Assembly (NCBI RefSeq): GCF_009914755.1
Contig: NC_060925.1
DNA length: 64,000 nt
Origin: the human T2T-CHM13v2.0 reference genome, Homo sapiens
Direction: 5' to 3' (one strand)
Position 1 is the first letter of the stretch. Each line of letters starts with the position of its first letter. The notes below the pieces were generated by a model. That model did no database searches. It was given only the letters and a program-made list of their open reading frames with translations, and was not told the DNA's origin. The position numbers were made by a program, and so were the translations under genes. Positions 1 to 17,464 of the stretch are shown piece after piece.

Positions 1-199
1 AGAAACCTAAGTCATAAGGAAATGACTGTGAAAAAAAGAATTTCCATATATGAAAAAGATAGTCATAAAAATTAGACTAAATGTAGCTGAAAAAAGATAT
101 AGAGGACTGGAAGATACATCAGTGGAGATTATACAGAATGAAACAAATAGAGATAAAATGATGAAAAATACTTTTTATAAGATGTTAGCATTTAAATAC

Positions 200-4365
<4,166 letters not shown>

Positions 4366-5184
4366 TATGTACACATGCACAGGAAGAATACACACCACTT
4401 CCAGGAGAGCAGTCAACTTTGGGGCAAACAAGAAGGGAGTGAGATGGAGGAGACGGAGCATTAGCTGTGCTTGTAATGCTCTATGCCTTCAAGAATGTTA
4501 AAGCAAACACAGCAAAATGACAGTATATGTTAAATCTAGCTGCTGTACACAAATGTCTCATATCAATGCTTCCCAATCATTTTTACTTTGTAGCACATCA
4601 TTAAATGTAATAAAATGTTTATGACACAATGAGTCAACATATGAAGCTGCTGAAAGTTTAATGCGACTGGCCAGCAAGTCAGCAGTCCCAAGGACACTTC
4701 TTGCCACCACCATGGACTGAGGAATTCATAATATCTCAGCACACCAATCACCTATTTGTCAGTCCTCAGTGACCTTCTGTACACAGTTGGGAAGCCCTGC
4801 TTTATAGTATTTTTTACACTTTTCTCTATGTTTGAGCTAGTAAAAAGCTAACCAGACAAGAAGATATGTTTCTCAGAGTTCTCAGCAGAAGATTCCCAAC
4901 AAAATAGGTTGGACAGAAGTGGATGATAGTAAAATTTCTTCCTAAGCAGGATAAAGCTAGAGCTGTGTGGTTTGTGCTCCTCAAAGCCTTCACGGCGGAA
5001 GCAGTGGAGTGAGTTTGAGCTGAACTGAGTCTGTGTGGAAGCAAGTTGCTGTGGTAATGTGTGTGACAGTGCAGGGGGCCACAGATGAAGAAGCCAGAGT
5101 GGGACCTAGGGGATGTGTTCTAGTGGTAGGGACAAGTACGAAATGCCTGAGCTCTGGATGCAAAAACTTGGAGCTGGCTTTGCT

Positions 5185-5780
5185 TTTTTGATTGCATTTT
5201 TTAAATTGTAGTAAAATATACAAAACATAAAATCTACTACTTTAACGATTTTCATGTGCACAGTTCTGTGACATTAAGTACATTTACATTATGCAACCAT
5301 AATCACCATCCATCTCCAGAACTTTCTTATCTTCCCCAACTAAAACTCTGTACGGATTAAATAATAATGCCCCATTCCTTCCTCCCCGCCCAGCCCTGGC
5401 AACCATTATTCTACTTTCTGTGTCCATGAATTTGACTAGAGTGAAATCATGCATAGCTGTTCTTTTGTGACTGGCTTATGTCATTTACCATAATGTCTTC
5501 AAGGTTTATCCATGTTGTAGAATGAGCCAGAATTTTCTTCCTTTTTAAGGCTGAATAATATTCCATTATATGTATATACCACATTTTGTTTATTCATTCA
5601 TCCATTGATGGACACTTGGGTTGCTTTTATGTTTTGGCTATTGCGAATAATGCTGTTATGTACATGTATTTGTTTGAGATCATGCTTTCCATTATTTTGG
5701 GTACATACTCAGGAGTAGAATTGCTGGCTCATGTGGCAATTCTGTTTTGGGGGTTTGGAGTTTTTTTCAAGAACTGACTG
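5185..5780 (-). mobile_element. L1MB-type 3' end
   Basis: Resembles the reverse complement of ancient L1M 3'UTR/ORF2 end (cattcatccattgatggacacttgggttg). Confidence 0.75.
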
Positions 5781-6431
5781 CTTTAATGCATTTTTAACAG
5801 GCCTGTTAAATAAGGTTTATTTCCCATGCAGTAACATAAAGTGGTAAATCATAGTACTAGTGTGGGGAAATTTGACTAGAAAGCCTACTAACTACTTTGT
5901 TTTGGAAGCACTAAATACTGACTCACTCTTTTTAGACATCAGAAGCCATCTCGTATTATCATTCCTTGCAATCCTTTTTCTCTAGTCTCATTTATTCCAT
6001 CTTGATAATATAGATGAGTGACATGGACTCAATGTAAGAATCTCATCTTACAAGGAGAGATGGACATGTAAAAAAAAATTGAAATACAGGGAAAATTTTA
6101 AACATAGTGAAATAAAATGTACCTCAGATAGAGTGGTAGCACAGAAGAAAGTGCTGAGTGGGTGATTGAAGAGAAAATTTTCCTAAATGAGGAGGCACAA
6201 GTGGTGGTGGTGGTGGTGGTGAACTGGGGCCAGAGAGAAGAAATCAGGATAACACAGTATGCATGTCAACAGTTCTCAAACAAATCTGAGCTATCAAACT
6301 TAATATTTCTTTGAAAACTCCCGGTAAAATTAAATGCTTACTTTATAGCATATTATTTTACCTAATATGAACCTTTAACTCACTCTTGCTATGTGAAATT
6401 AATGAAAATGACTCAATTTTTTAAATGTTGG

Positions 6432-6725
6432 GGATGGGCATGGTGGCTCATGCCTGTAATCCCAGCACTGTGGGAGGCCGAGGTGGGTGAATCACCTGAA
6501 ATCAATCCAAGACCAGCCTGGCCAACATGGTGAAAACCCATCTCTACTAAAAATATAAAAAGAAATTAGCCAGGCATGGAGGTGCACACCTGTATTCCCA
6601 GCTACTCAGGAGGCTGAGGCAGGAGAATCACTTGAACACAGGAGGCAGAGGTTGCAGTGAGCTGAGAAGTACCATTGCACTCCAGCCTGGGCGACAGAGC
6701 GAGACGCCGTCTCAAAAAAAAAAAA
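6432..6725 (+). mobile_element. AluS
   Basis: Dimer with A-tail; TSD aaatgttg. Confidence 0.93.
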
Positions 6726-9629
6726 AAATGTTGATAGCATGCTAATTTCTATAACTGTAGCCAATTTATGAAAGCCAAGCCTAGAAGAAAGAAAAACAAG
6801 GAGGAGTCTTTATATATGAACCATCACAAAAAGGTAAACTTTATCCAGGAGACAGCACAAGAGACAGCACATTCACTCTTCCAGTTCCAGGAATATAGAA
6901 GTGCTTTTTTCTGTGACACAGGACATCAGAGTCACATTTGACTTTTCTTCTTACTTAAGGTTAGTTTTATTGTGTTTCATACATTCAAAACAAAAGTTTT
7001 GTGAATGCTTTAGGAATGATATGATCTCAGTTACAATTATATAGCTATCTCCTTTTATTCCATACCTACTTATAAAAGAGAAGTGCAGATGTGAGAAGTG
7101 ATCTGCCATTTAAATAGTACCCTTTCCTCCTCCCCCAGAAACATAGTAATAGAGATCCTGTTACCTGTATATGAGCTTAAAAGATAGACTTAGATATGGT
7201 CCATCAAAAACATATCTGAGAATACAAGAAAATAAAGGCAGTTTCACAGGAACAAGAAAAACATGATTTGAAAATATCAGTAAATTGAATAAATCTGTGA
7301 CGTTGTCTACCACCTACAGCTTCCAATGCACAGAACAGAAATATGCTAAAAGAAAGCACCAAATTAGAGGCCTACAACAATGGAATGCTGAGTTTACATT
7401 TTTTTTTTTTTGTAAAACTAGAGAATATCAAAGAATTCTGTGCTTTTGGATCGTTTTATGTTTGTTTTTATATTTTTAACTTTATCTATTGCTTTTGTGA
7501 TGAGGTTCTTCTCCATTAAAAAAGTGTCATTCTGCTGCTGATGGCATAAGGTTTCACTAATTAAGGGAGTTTCTATTACATTGTATTATTATAAATGCTT
7601 TTTATCTACAGAACCAGTGCAGATTAGAGGGAGATTAGAGGGTGACTATTCAGGTACTTGTACTTCTCAATAGTTACAGTGAATGCTTGTTAGCATCTTT
7701 AAATATTTCCAAGCAAAATAATCTGGATAGAACTGTACCTTACCAATATTCCAGCCCTTACCTGCTTGTTTGCTTGTTTTTCCATATACCATGAAATTTG
7801 GGAGCAACATATGGCCTTAGTGGCCGTCCTTTTTGTTACAGATTAGGACACAGAACCAAAGAGGCTAACTGGTTTGCATTAAATACAGAGCCAGTTGAAG
7901 GCAGCACCAGGATGGAAACCTAAGTTCCCTGGCTCTCTGGCCAATGCTCTACTTACCACGTGATGATTTCTTTCCTTATGGGTTTCCACTTGACTTAGAC
8001 ATAATACAAAGTTGTTTTTTTATTTTCACAGTACAGGCCAGAGTGGGGGAAGAAAGGAATTAATGAGTTGATAAAGCCCTGAGGATGCATGTTCTTCTGT
8101 AGTTTATAAAGAGCCAAGAGAGAAATTTGAGTATGGCAAGAGAAAGGGAAAGTGATAATCAATTTACTACCTGGCAATTTTAAATATATGGCATTTCGTC
8201 TCTTAATATGTCAGAAGTTTCAATGAGTTTATGGTCATATTTTTCTGTAGCCCATACAGTGGAGCTTGATCTTGACATTATTTGCTGAGGCAGGATGATC
8301 TCCCATCTAAGAAAATTTGTCATTAAAGAATCAAATGATCTCAATATGGAGCTGTAAACATCTTCATTGTAGGACAATTTTGTGTTTCATGGATAGCACA
8401 ACTGGGCAACCTTAGAGACAGTCCATGGACCTATGAACAGGTTTCAGGGAGTTCACAAATCTCTGATTTGTATGCAAAATCTTGTGTGCATAATGTATAT
8501 GCGATTTTCTAATTAGAAGTTCCATGACTTCTACCAGCATTTCAAAGTTATTCATGGGCAAAGAGAAACAAGTTCAAGAATTACTGCTTTTAAAAAAGGA
8601 CAGCAGTAAAATTTTACAATTCTATTGCATGCCGAAGTGTCCCACCTACTGAGTGTCAAAGCCAAGACTCTAAATCAAGTCTCCTAATGGCTATGAATGT
8701 CTTAGAGCAGGGAAGATATAATAATTTATTATCATAACAGGTCCAATATTGATTTGAAGTATGAGCCTGAGTTTTTAAAGAATGCAATAGCTATTAGATT
8801 CTGCTCTTTTAAATTCATTAATAAAGTATTATAATGACTTATTTAATGACAATGATTTATTTAATGCTTACTATGTTCAACAACTATTTACTTTTCTTAA
8901 TCTAGTAAACATTTGTGTTTTCCTTTATGTGCAAGACCCTGGACTAATCAGGAATTCAACAGAGGCCTTTTACATAGTTCTTAGGAGTTTATGGTCTATT
9001 TTAAAAAACAATACATACACAATTTATGTAACAATACATGGAACACAAAACCAAATGTCAAATTAACATTTCTGTAAAACATACAAGAATGTTAAATAAA
9101 TGTCTTGTTTAAAATTTCAAATGGAATAACATCCTTGTATTTTTACATTACCTGAGCCTGATCAAGATAAGAGGCTTTTAAAAAGTTCATTGCCTAAAAA
9201 TTTTTTTAAACATCACTATAGGAAGAACAAAATAACCCGAGATTTAAAATGAATTTGGACAAAACCTGTGTTTGGAAAGAAGATTGTCATTTTGGGATAC
9301 CCTGAAGGGAAATGGTATCCTCAGGAGGTCCTAATGGTTAGATGTGAACCCACCCAAGTTGCTTAAAACATATGCAAATGGCTATGTCCCGTATGATGAC
9401 CACGATGGGGCTAAAGCCCCTTATGCATGGAGCTCAAAAAAGCTCAAGAACACTGTCAGGAAGGATCACTAGGAAGCAGAGAACATGGACAGTTGGTCCA
9501 TAGTGTCATCTGCAAAGCTATAGCTCTTAGGAAAAAAAAAAGCGAGTAGTAATGACCAGCTTTTCCTAAGAACACTAATACTAGCTTAGATTTGATATGC
9601 CTTGTAATAAGGTATTATAAGATTTGATG

Positions 9630-10463
9630 AACACACACTTCTCAAAAAAGACATTTATGCAGCCAACAGACACATGAAAAAATGCTCATCATCACTGGCC
9701 ATCAGAGAAATGCAAATCAAAACCACAATGAGATACCATCTCACACCAATTAGAATGGCAATCATTAAAAAGACAGGAAACAACAGGTGCTGGAGAGGAT
9801 GTGGAGAAATAGGAACACTTTTACACTATTGGTGGGACTGTAAACTAGTTCAACCATTGTGGAAGACAGTGTGGCGATTCCTCAAGGGTCTAGAACCAGA
9901 AATACCATTTGATCCAGCCATCTCACTACTGGGTATGTACCCAAAGCATTATAAATCATGCTGCTATAAAGACACATGCACACGTATGTTTATTGCGGCA
10001 CTATTCACAATAGCAAAGAATTGGAACCAACCCAAATGTCCATCAATGATAGATGGGATTAAGAAAATGTGGCACATATACACCATGGAATACTATGCAG
10101 GCATAAAAAGGATGAGTTCATGTCCTTTGTAGGGACATGGATGAAGCTGGAAACCATCATTCTGAGCAAACTATCGCAAGAACAGAAAACCAGACACCGC
10201 ATGTTCTCACTCATAGGTGGAAATTGAACAATGAGAACACTTGGACACAGGGTGGGGAACATCACACACCAGGGCCTGTCATGGGGTGGGGGGAGGGGGG
10301 AGGGATAGCATTAGGAGAAATACATAATGTAAATGATGGGTCAGTGGGTGCAGCACACCAACATGGCACATGTATACATATGTAACAAACCTGCACGTTG
10401 TGCACAAGTACCCTAGAACTTAAAGTATAATAATAAAAAAAGAGAAAAAAAAGGAAAAAAAAA
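9630..10463 (+). mobile_element. 5'-truncated L1PA (PA4-5-like) 3' end with poly(A)
   Basis: ORF2 C-terminus (ORF 9674-10132), G-rich 3'UTR tract, poly(A); TSD aagatYtgatg at 9619-9629 and 10464-10474. Confidence 0.93.
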
Positions 10464-11131
10464 AAGATCTGATGGAGCCTGACTATGGGGTAATGATAAA
10501 GGATAGAAAGTGCTGCATCCATTCCTGCCAAGCCATAGTAAAACACAAAACGTTCCAAGGAATATGAGGATCAGGATATAAGAACCAAATCAAACAGATT
10601 GTACCAAATGAGATAGAGTATAAAGGTTTAAGGAAAAGAGTGGGATGAGCCTTTTGATGGTAGGCTGAAATAAAACAATCCATTCACTGTGACATTATAA
10701 TGGCCCAGAGTTAACAAAGTGAACCAGTTTCTGACAGCACTGTTAATGCTAACTAGCTAGCATCAATGAGTTGATAAAGTCCTGAGGATGTATTTTCTAA
10801 CTAGTTAGCACCAACAGGTAAGATTCATCCATGCCACTCATTCATTCTATAAACATTCAATTCTTGACAATAATTTCTAAATCTGAATCACTTCTACAAA
10901 AAAAAATTGAAAATTCTTACAAGATTTTTCTTTTAGCAAGGTAAAATTTAAGCATCTTCCTAAGATTGCAATAGATCTGTACAAAATCTTTATCCCTTTC
11001 AGTTCGTTGAGAAGATGATGTTAGGAGAAGAGTTTATATAAGCTGAAGTTAATAAAACTTACCACCACTTAGGAAATGCTGATGTCCCAACTAAGCTACC
11101 TGACAATGGAATCTGATTTTTATCCCCATAG

Positions 11132-11294
11132 GAGCAATTGATCTTCTGAAACAAAAGACCATGAAAGTGAAAAGCATTGCAGAGATTGGAGTTGGGGTCA
11201 GTGGACTGGCTGCCACTAAGCGCTGTCTGGAGGAAAGACTTCAGCCCATTTGCTTTGAAGAAAAAGTAGCATTGGAGGAATCTGAATATATGAG
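11132..11294 (+). pseudogene. FMO pseudo-exon 2 (ATG at 11161; FAD-binding motif)
   Basis: [33 protein letters not shown], then a 1-nt frameshift, then IGGI*(W->TGA)IYE. Candidate acceptor ccccatag at 11131; donor GTAAGT at 11295. Confidence 0.92.
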
Positions 11295-11409
11295 GTAAGT
11301 TTGGGTGACTTCCAAATCTCTCACCTGGGAAAGCCACACCTGTGGTTCACCCACTCTACCCTAATAGCAGCACTGGACATTCTTATTTCTCAAACAAGCT
11401 ACTACCATG

Positions 11410-13790
11410 CTTTCAACAAATGCTTACCAATCTTCTCCTATGTCAGGCACTTATATATATAACATATTGTAACATATATATAGGAGTTTACAGTAAACAA
11501 AGTATGTAATATAACATATATGTTATAACTGTAAACAAAACAGACAAAAATATCTGCCCTCATAAAAGAGATAAGCAATAAACAAGATAAGATAAATATT
11601 AATACATAAAATGTGTTGTATATTAGATGATGATAGTTGTTAGGAAGAAAAAATAAAGTCCACAAGAGGGATATAAAATGTGGTGCAGTGTAGGATTTAA
11701 TGATTAGGTAGCCAGAAAAGCCTCACAAGAAGGTGATTTTTCAGTAAAAACCAGGAGGAAGGAATGGGCATGCAGATGTCTGCAGGGAGAGAACTGAAGC
11801 AATTTGAACAACATACAGAAGGATGGCTAGTATGCTTGAGGGACAGCAAAGAGGTCAGTGGAGCTGGAGAGGAGGAAATGGTGGGGCAAACAATAGATGA
11901 TATCAGAGAAGGAGCAAACAGCCAGATGGGAAGCCACTGGAACATTGTGAGCAAACCAGAGACATAATTCAAAAGGATTTCTGTGACTGCTGTGCTGAAA
12001 ATATATGACGATGGATAAAGGCAAAACTGGGGAGATAAGTTCGGAGGCGTTTGCAACAACCTGGGCAAGAGATGATGGTGGCTTGGATCTCGCTAGTGGT
12101 AGTAGACTGGTGAGAAGTGACTGGATTGTGGATACATCCTAAGGACAGATCCTGCAAGATAGAGAAGACTGCAGGAGAAATTGGTTTGTTTGGTAGGGCG
12201 AGAGGAAGGAGGAATTTGGGATGCCATGGTGATTCTGTCTGCACCCCGCCCTTATTCTCTAGCCTGGACCTCTTCAGCATGTGCTGCCCACTTCCAATTG
12301 CCAGAATTTGCATCACTTGCCTGTGGGCTTTCCTCAAAGCTACTCTGCTCACAGGAATAAACCAAAAATGCCTGGGAGCCTGGGATCAAGCTTCAAACAG
12401 CAACCGACAGGATTTGGCGTATATGATTATTCCATCCTCCCTGAGGAGTTTAACTCTGAGGTCTGTGTTCTACAGCATTTCCTTGAGTTTCCCCACAGAA
12501 TGAAGCCCCAGTCAGCCCCAAGTAGCTGATTTGATAATGCATTCCTTTGGTCTTTCATTCCTTGTCTTGCTCTCCCACTCACCTACTGAGATATCTTCTA
12601 TCTTCCAAGAAAAAAAAAAAAAAAGAATAGGTATTGGCATTAAATCCTTGTTTTAGGGTCTGCTTCTGAGAGAACCAAAATAAAACCAAGTGAAAATTTT
12701 AAGTAGGCAATTGAAGACATATTTATGGAGTTCAAAGGGGAGCTCCCAGATAGAGATAAAAATTTAAAGACGTCAGAGTATAAATGTTATGTAAAGTTGT
12801 AAAAGCAGATGAGATTGCCCAAGGAGTGGGTGTAGTTAGAAGAGACCAAGGAAAGAGTCCTGGAGAACTGCAACATTTAGAGGTCTCCAAGATGAAGACG
12901 AACCATAAAGAAACTCAGGAAGTGCAATGAGAAAGAGAAAAGGAAAACCAGGCAAGTGGAGTGTCCTGGAAGCCAAAAGAAAGGAGTCATCATCTAGGGG
13001 AAAACTGCAGATATGTCAATTAAGACGAGGATTTACAAAATCCCATAGGATCAGCAGCTAGCTTGGAGGTCACTGACCTCAGAAAGAGCAATTTCATAAA
13101 GTTGTGGGGTAAAAACCTGATTAGAATAGATTCAAGAGATAAAGAGAGATGAGAAAATAGAGACAGCAAGTATAGACAATCCTTTAAAGAAGTTTTACTG
13201 TAAAATGAGGTAGGTAGAGGCTGAAGATTCAGGGAGAAGTGGAGGTAAGAGTTTTTTCTAAGATGAGAAAAATGACAGCATGTTTTTATGTTGATAAGAA
13301 TGATCTCATTGAAAGGGGAAAGATAAGCTGGAAATTTTAAAAATTAAATTAAATTTAAAAAGAAAGGGGAAAGTTGATAATGCAAGTTGGGGAGGGGGAT
13401 AGAATTGCCGATGTGATGTCCTTAAATAGGTGAGAAAAAGTGTGATCTATGACTCAGATGAAGACATTGGCTTTGGTTAGGAACCTTAGTAACAGAAGAG
13501 TGAAATATATGGGCACAGATGCAGCTAGCTGAGTAGACGAGATGGCGAGAGCTTTTGGAAGTTCTCTTCTGATTGTTTCCATTTTTGGCAACATAGGAAG
13601 CAAGGTAGTGAGCTAAAGGTAAGCATGAGGAAGGAGATGCAGAGTTTGGAAGACAGAGAATGTATGAAATAGCCATTTGCAGAGTGGAATAAAAATGGTC
13701 TAGAGAAAGTTTGATTGATGGGCAACATTCGAGGCCCAGGAAACTGGCTCAATATTATAGCCATGGAAATATTTTAGCAGCTCTGCTGGG
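11410..13790 (-). mobile_element. Degraded L2 LINE, interrupted by a probable LTR16-like LTR (~12230-12690)
   Basis: L2 3' end in reverse (ttcaacaaatgctt...ctatgtcaggcact) and purine-rich L2 body; LTR16-type terminus agggtctgcttctgagagaacc. Confidence 0.6.
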
Positions 13791-14449
13791 AGGTGGGATC
13801 TGGATAGGGCTTCCTAGGCTTTGAATATTCAGGCCTTTGGGTTTATGTGACCACTCCCTACCAACAGGGATCTTTTCACATACAAATATTTCTAGACAGA
13901 CCCCTGAAAGTCTGCTCTTGTTTGTAGTAAGGCAAAACTCACACACATTCAAAGATTTCCTAAGCCATTTCAGTGTCATTTAATGTGCAATGAGCCATAA
14001 ATTCTATTCAAAGGAGAGACTAGACTTGGAAATAATAATGTACAATGTTAAAAGTTTATTTGTTATTCTACTTTTGTTAAATCATAACGTCTTCTTCTTT
14101 ACATATTAATTTATTGTTCACAAAGGTAAATGTTTTATACCTTGGTGGGTTCACAATGTAATTGTTGCATTGTTTTTTGATTCTCCACCATTGTTATTTG
14201 TTTCTACTCTAGCTTTTATTTCTCAATTTATCTTTGCACCTTCTTCCCCTCAAAGGAAACCCAAGGAATTTTCACTAGCCTATCCTCCACTTTTTCCTCT
14301 TCAATATCACATTTTTAATAGCTGTAAGATTTATTTTTGATAGCTGTGTGATTTATTGTATGGGTCTTATTTTAAAGGAATTATTCTACCCTTTATAAAA
14401 TGTAAATGTTTGTATTTTTTTCTTTTAGACCCCATCATATCATGAAAAA

Positions 14450-14620
14450 AAATCTAGACATTGGATATAGAAAACCTAGGTTCAAGCATTAACTCCCTAC
14501 TTAATTGATATATGACTTACCGGTTTAACATTTCCAAACCACAGTTTCTCAAATTAAAATGGAGATAATAATTATATCTGTATTATATGTGTTGTAAGGA
14601 TCAAATAAAATAGTTTGTGG
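14450..14620 (+). mobile_element. MIR
   Basis: MIR core: cagtttctc...aaaatggagataataat...gttgtaaggatcaaat. Confidence 0.6.
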
Positions 14621-14636
14621 CATAGACTTTTTTAAT

Positions 14637-15110
14637 AGTAATAAGTTTTGTAAGATTGCTATAACAAAGTACCACAAACTGGGTGGTTTAAACAGCAGAA
14701 ATCTATTGTCTCACAGTTCTGGAAGCTAGAAGTCCAAGATTAAGGTGTTGACAGGATTAGTTCCATGTGAAATTTGTGAGGAAGAATCTGTTCCATGCCT
14801 CTCTCTTATCTTCTGCTTGTTTGCTGGCAGTCTTTGGTATTCCTTGGCTTGTAGAAACATCACTCTTATCTCTGTCCCAATCTTCACATGGAGTTTTCCC
14901 TGTGTTTGTGTCTATCACCACATTTCTCCTTTTTATAATGACATCAGTCATATTAGACAAGGCTCACCTTACTCCATTATGACCTCATCTTAACTAATTG
15001 TATTAATACATCTGTAAAGACCCTGTTTCCATATAAGGTCACATTCTGAGGTACTGTGGCTTGGACTTCAACATACGAATTTATAGGGAACAAAATTCGA
15101 CCCATAACAG
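14637..15110 (-). mobile_element. MaLR solo LTR (MLT1C-like)
   Basis: ataacaaagtaccacaaactgggtgg...cacagttctggaagctagaagtccaag...aaggtcacattctgaggtact. Confidence 0.8.
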
Positions 15111-15411
15111 GACCCACACTTCTTGTAAAGAGATTGCCAGCAATCTCTTAGATTGCTTAGAAAGTAGAGATGTATCTTTGCCTGTGATGCCTTTGTTCCT
15201 CCTCAGATTCAGCATCTGAAACCCAAAGTATGTTCTTCTTCATGATAAAGTAGGATCAAAGCCTTAAATTCATTGAAGACATTATTTATCTTCAATATTT
15301 GGCCTTCTTCATTATTGCAGATAATGAAGAATCAACTGCTTTCTACTTTCAACAAATTATTACACCTGGAAGCCTCGTGTTGTTCAGTTCAGGTGTCTTT
15401 ATGCCCTGCAG

Positions 15412-15600
15412 GGGAATCCTGAAGGCTGAAAGCCAAGTGTGTACAAATCTGCCATCTGCAATGCCTCTAAGCAAATTAGAAACTATAATGACTATCCTGC
15501 TCCTGATCATTGTCCCAAATATTTGCATAATTCTAAAGTTATAAAGTATGTCAGGATGTATGCCAGGCATTTCAACCTTAAAAAATACATCAAATTTCTG
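15412..15600 (+). pseudogene. FMO pseudo-exon 3
   Basis: GNPEG*KPSVYKSAICNASKQIRNYNDYPAPDHCPKYLHNSKVIKYVRMYARHFNLKKYIKFL, 189 nt. TGA at 15427; acceptor ctgcag intact; donor reads ATAAGA. Confidence 0.93.
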
Positions 15601-16081
15601 ATAAGAAAAGATCGGGTGTAGCATAATGACACTGTTCACTGAAGAGTCAGTAGAGTTCATGACTATCAAAGCAATGTTTTTTCTCACTGCAGGGATCACC
15701 ACAATTTTCACACATTGTTGATATTGTTTAGTTTTACCGTGCGCCTCTTAGGAGAAAGGGCAGAATCATGCATTTAGAGCACTGTGGACATGGTTTTCAA
15801 TTCGAGTTTCTTAGTTACACTTGGTTACACGTATAGAAGTCTAGGAGTTTAGTAAATCAGGTGCATTTGCTGTCCTATACAGTCATAACCACAGCCTATT
15901 TTCAGTAGAGCAGGCAGCACTAAAAGTCTCATGAGAAAATTCCTGAAGACTTTTAATAGAAAATTAGGCACTAGATCCTACCCCAGGTAAGAAGAATAAA
16001 TCATCTGTTCTTCAAATTCTGGAAAAAAGATGGAAGTGTAAAAATAGTGGTCAAAGATTAAGGTTGTCTCTTTGTTCCCAG

Positions 16082-16538
<457 letters not shown>

Positions 16539-17074
16539 ATAGGTCATCTGAAAGACTATTTCTGGAGATTCATGGTACATTATTCCTGAATGTACTCTAA
16601 GTGTATGTTTGTGGAAAGAAGTATCTTTTCTTCTTTTTCAACTGATTTGAAAGAAATGGTGTGATTAAAGCCATAGAAAACCTTCCTGTTTGAAGAATTT
16701 GCTTTAGTTGTAAAATTACAAAACCTAACTCATAGGGTAAACTGAAAAATAGGCCCCAGCACCCTAAGGTGATCAGGAATAGTAACCTTGAGCTTTGCTG
16801 TTTGTGACCATTAAATATAGTATTAGGAAGACAGATTTTCAAGGTAAAATTTGTTTTTCAAAGAAAGAAAGAGGATTTTTTCCTTTTTCTTTGCCTCGAC
16901 TAGAACTTAGCCATGAGATTGCTAAGCCTTGGCCTTGACATGGTGATGCTATGCTTATACCTCCACATCCTACTGCTTGAGCTATGAGACATTTAACCAA
17001 ATGTTTAAATAAAATGTACTTTTAGTTAAGGAAAAATTTTCCACAATGACTGTCAAAGGAGTCTTCAAGCATGG

Positions 17075-17330
17075 AAGGTAAGAGCATGGATGCCCCAGTC
17101 CCAGCTATCTGGGTTCAAACTGCTGGTCCACTCCTTACTAGCTGGGTAACCCTAAATAAGTTATAAAAATTTTCCACACAAGATTTCTCTCCTGCAATGT
17201 AAATAATTGTGTGCAAATCACAGTTAGTTGTTAAGATTAAATGAGTTACTCTAAGTAAGCCTGTACCTACTGTACCTATGACCTACCATACCTACAATAT
17301 GTAAGCATTATTTATATTTGCTATTGTATG
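17075..17330 (+). mobile_element. MIR
   Basis: ggtaagagcatgg...ctgggttcaaa...ccactccttactagctgggtaacc...aagattaaatgagtta. Confidence 0.65.
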
Positions 17331-17388
17331 CTTTTATTTCAATTCCTATAGATTCCTGAATATGAGCAATTCTTCTCTCTTCACACAA

Positions 17389-17464
17389 GTATCAAAAAGT
17401 TCAGCAGTCTGTATTTCCAAGTTGTGACTAAAGAGCACCCAAATATTTTGTAGAGAAAATAATT
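17389..17464 (+). pseudogene. FMO pseudo-exon 5, 5' part
   Basis: After a polypyrimidine tract: IKKFSSLYF, then frameshifted S-C-D..HPNI..EKII, a decayed FxGxxxHSxxYK fingerprint. Ends at the L1 5' end. Confidence 0.75.

Noticed and set aside
7071-7660. TATA-like tataaaag at 7071 and a cag...cag|gtact mini-exon (~7611-7653) as FMO promoter or non-coding exon 1
   Set aside because: Such motifs are common in AT-rich DNA; no independent support from sequence alone.
11697-12529. Cluster of 120-128 aa ORFs
   Set aside because: Lie in L2/LTR remnants; no recognisable protein similarity.
15349-15711. 120-aa minus-strand ORF
   Set aside because: Antisense shadow of FMO pseudo-exon 3; no homology or expression signal.
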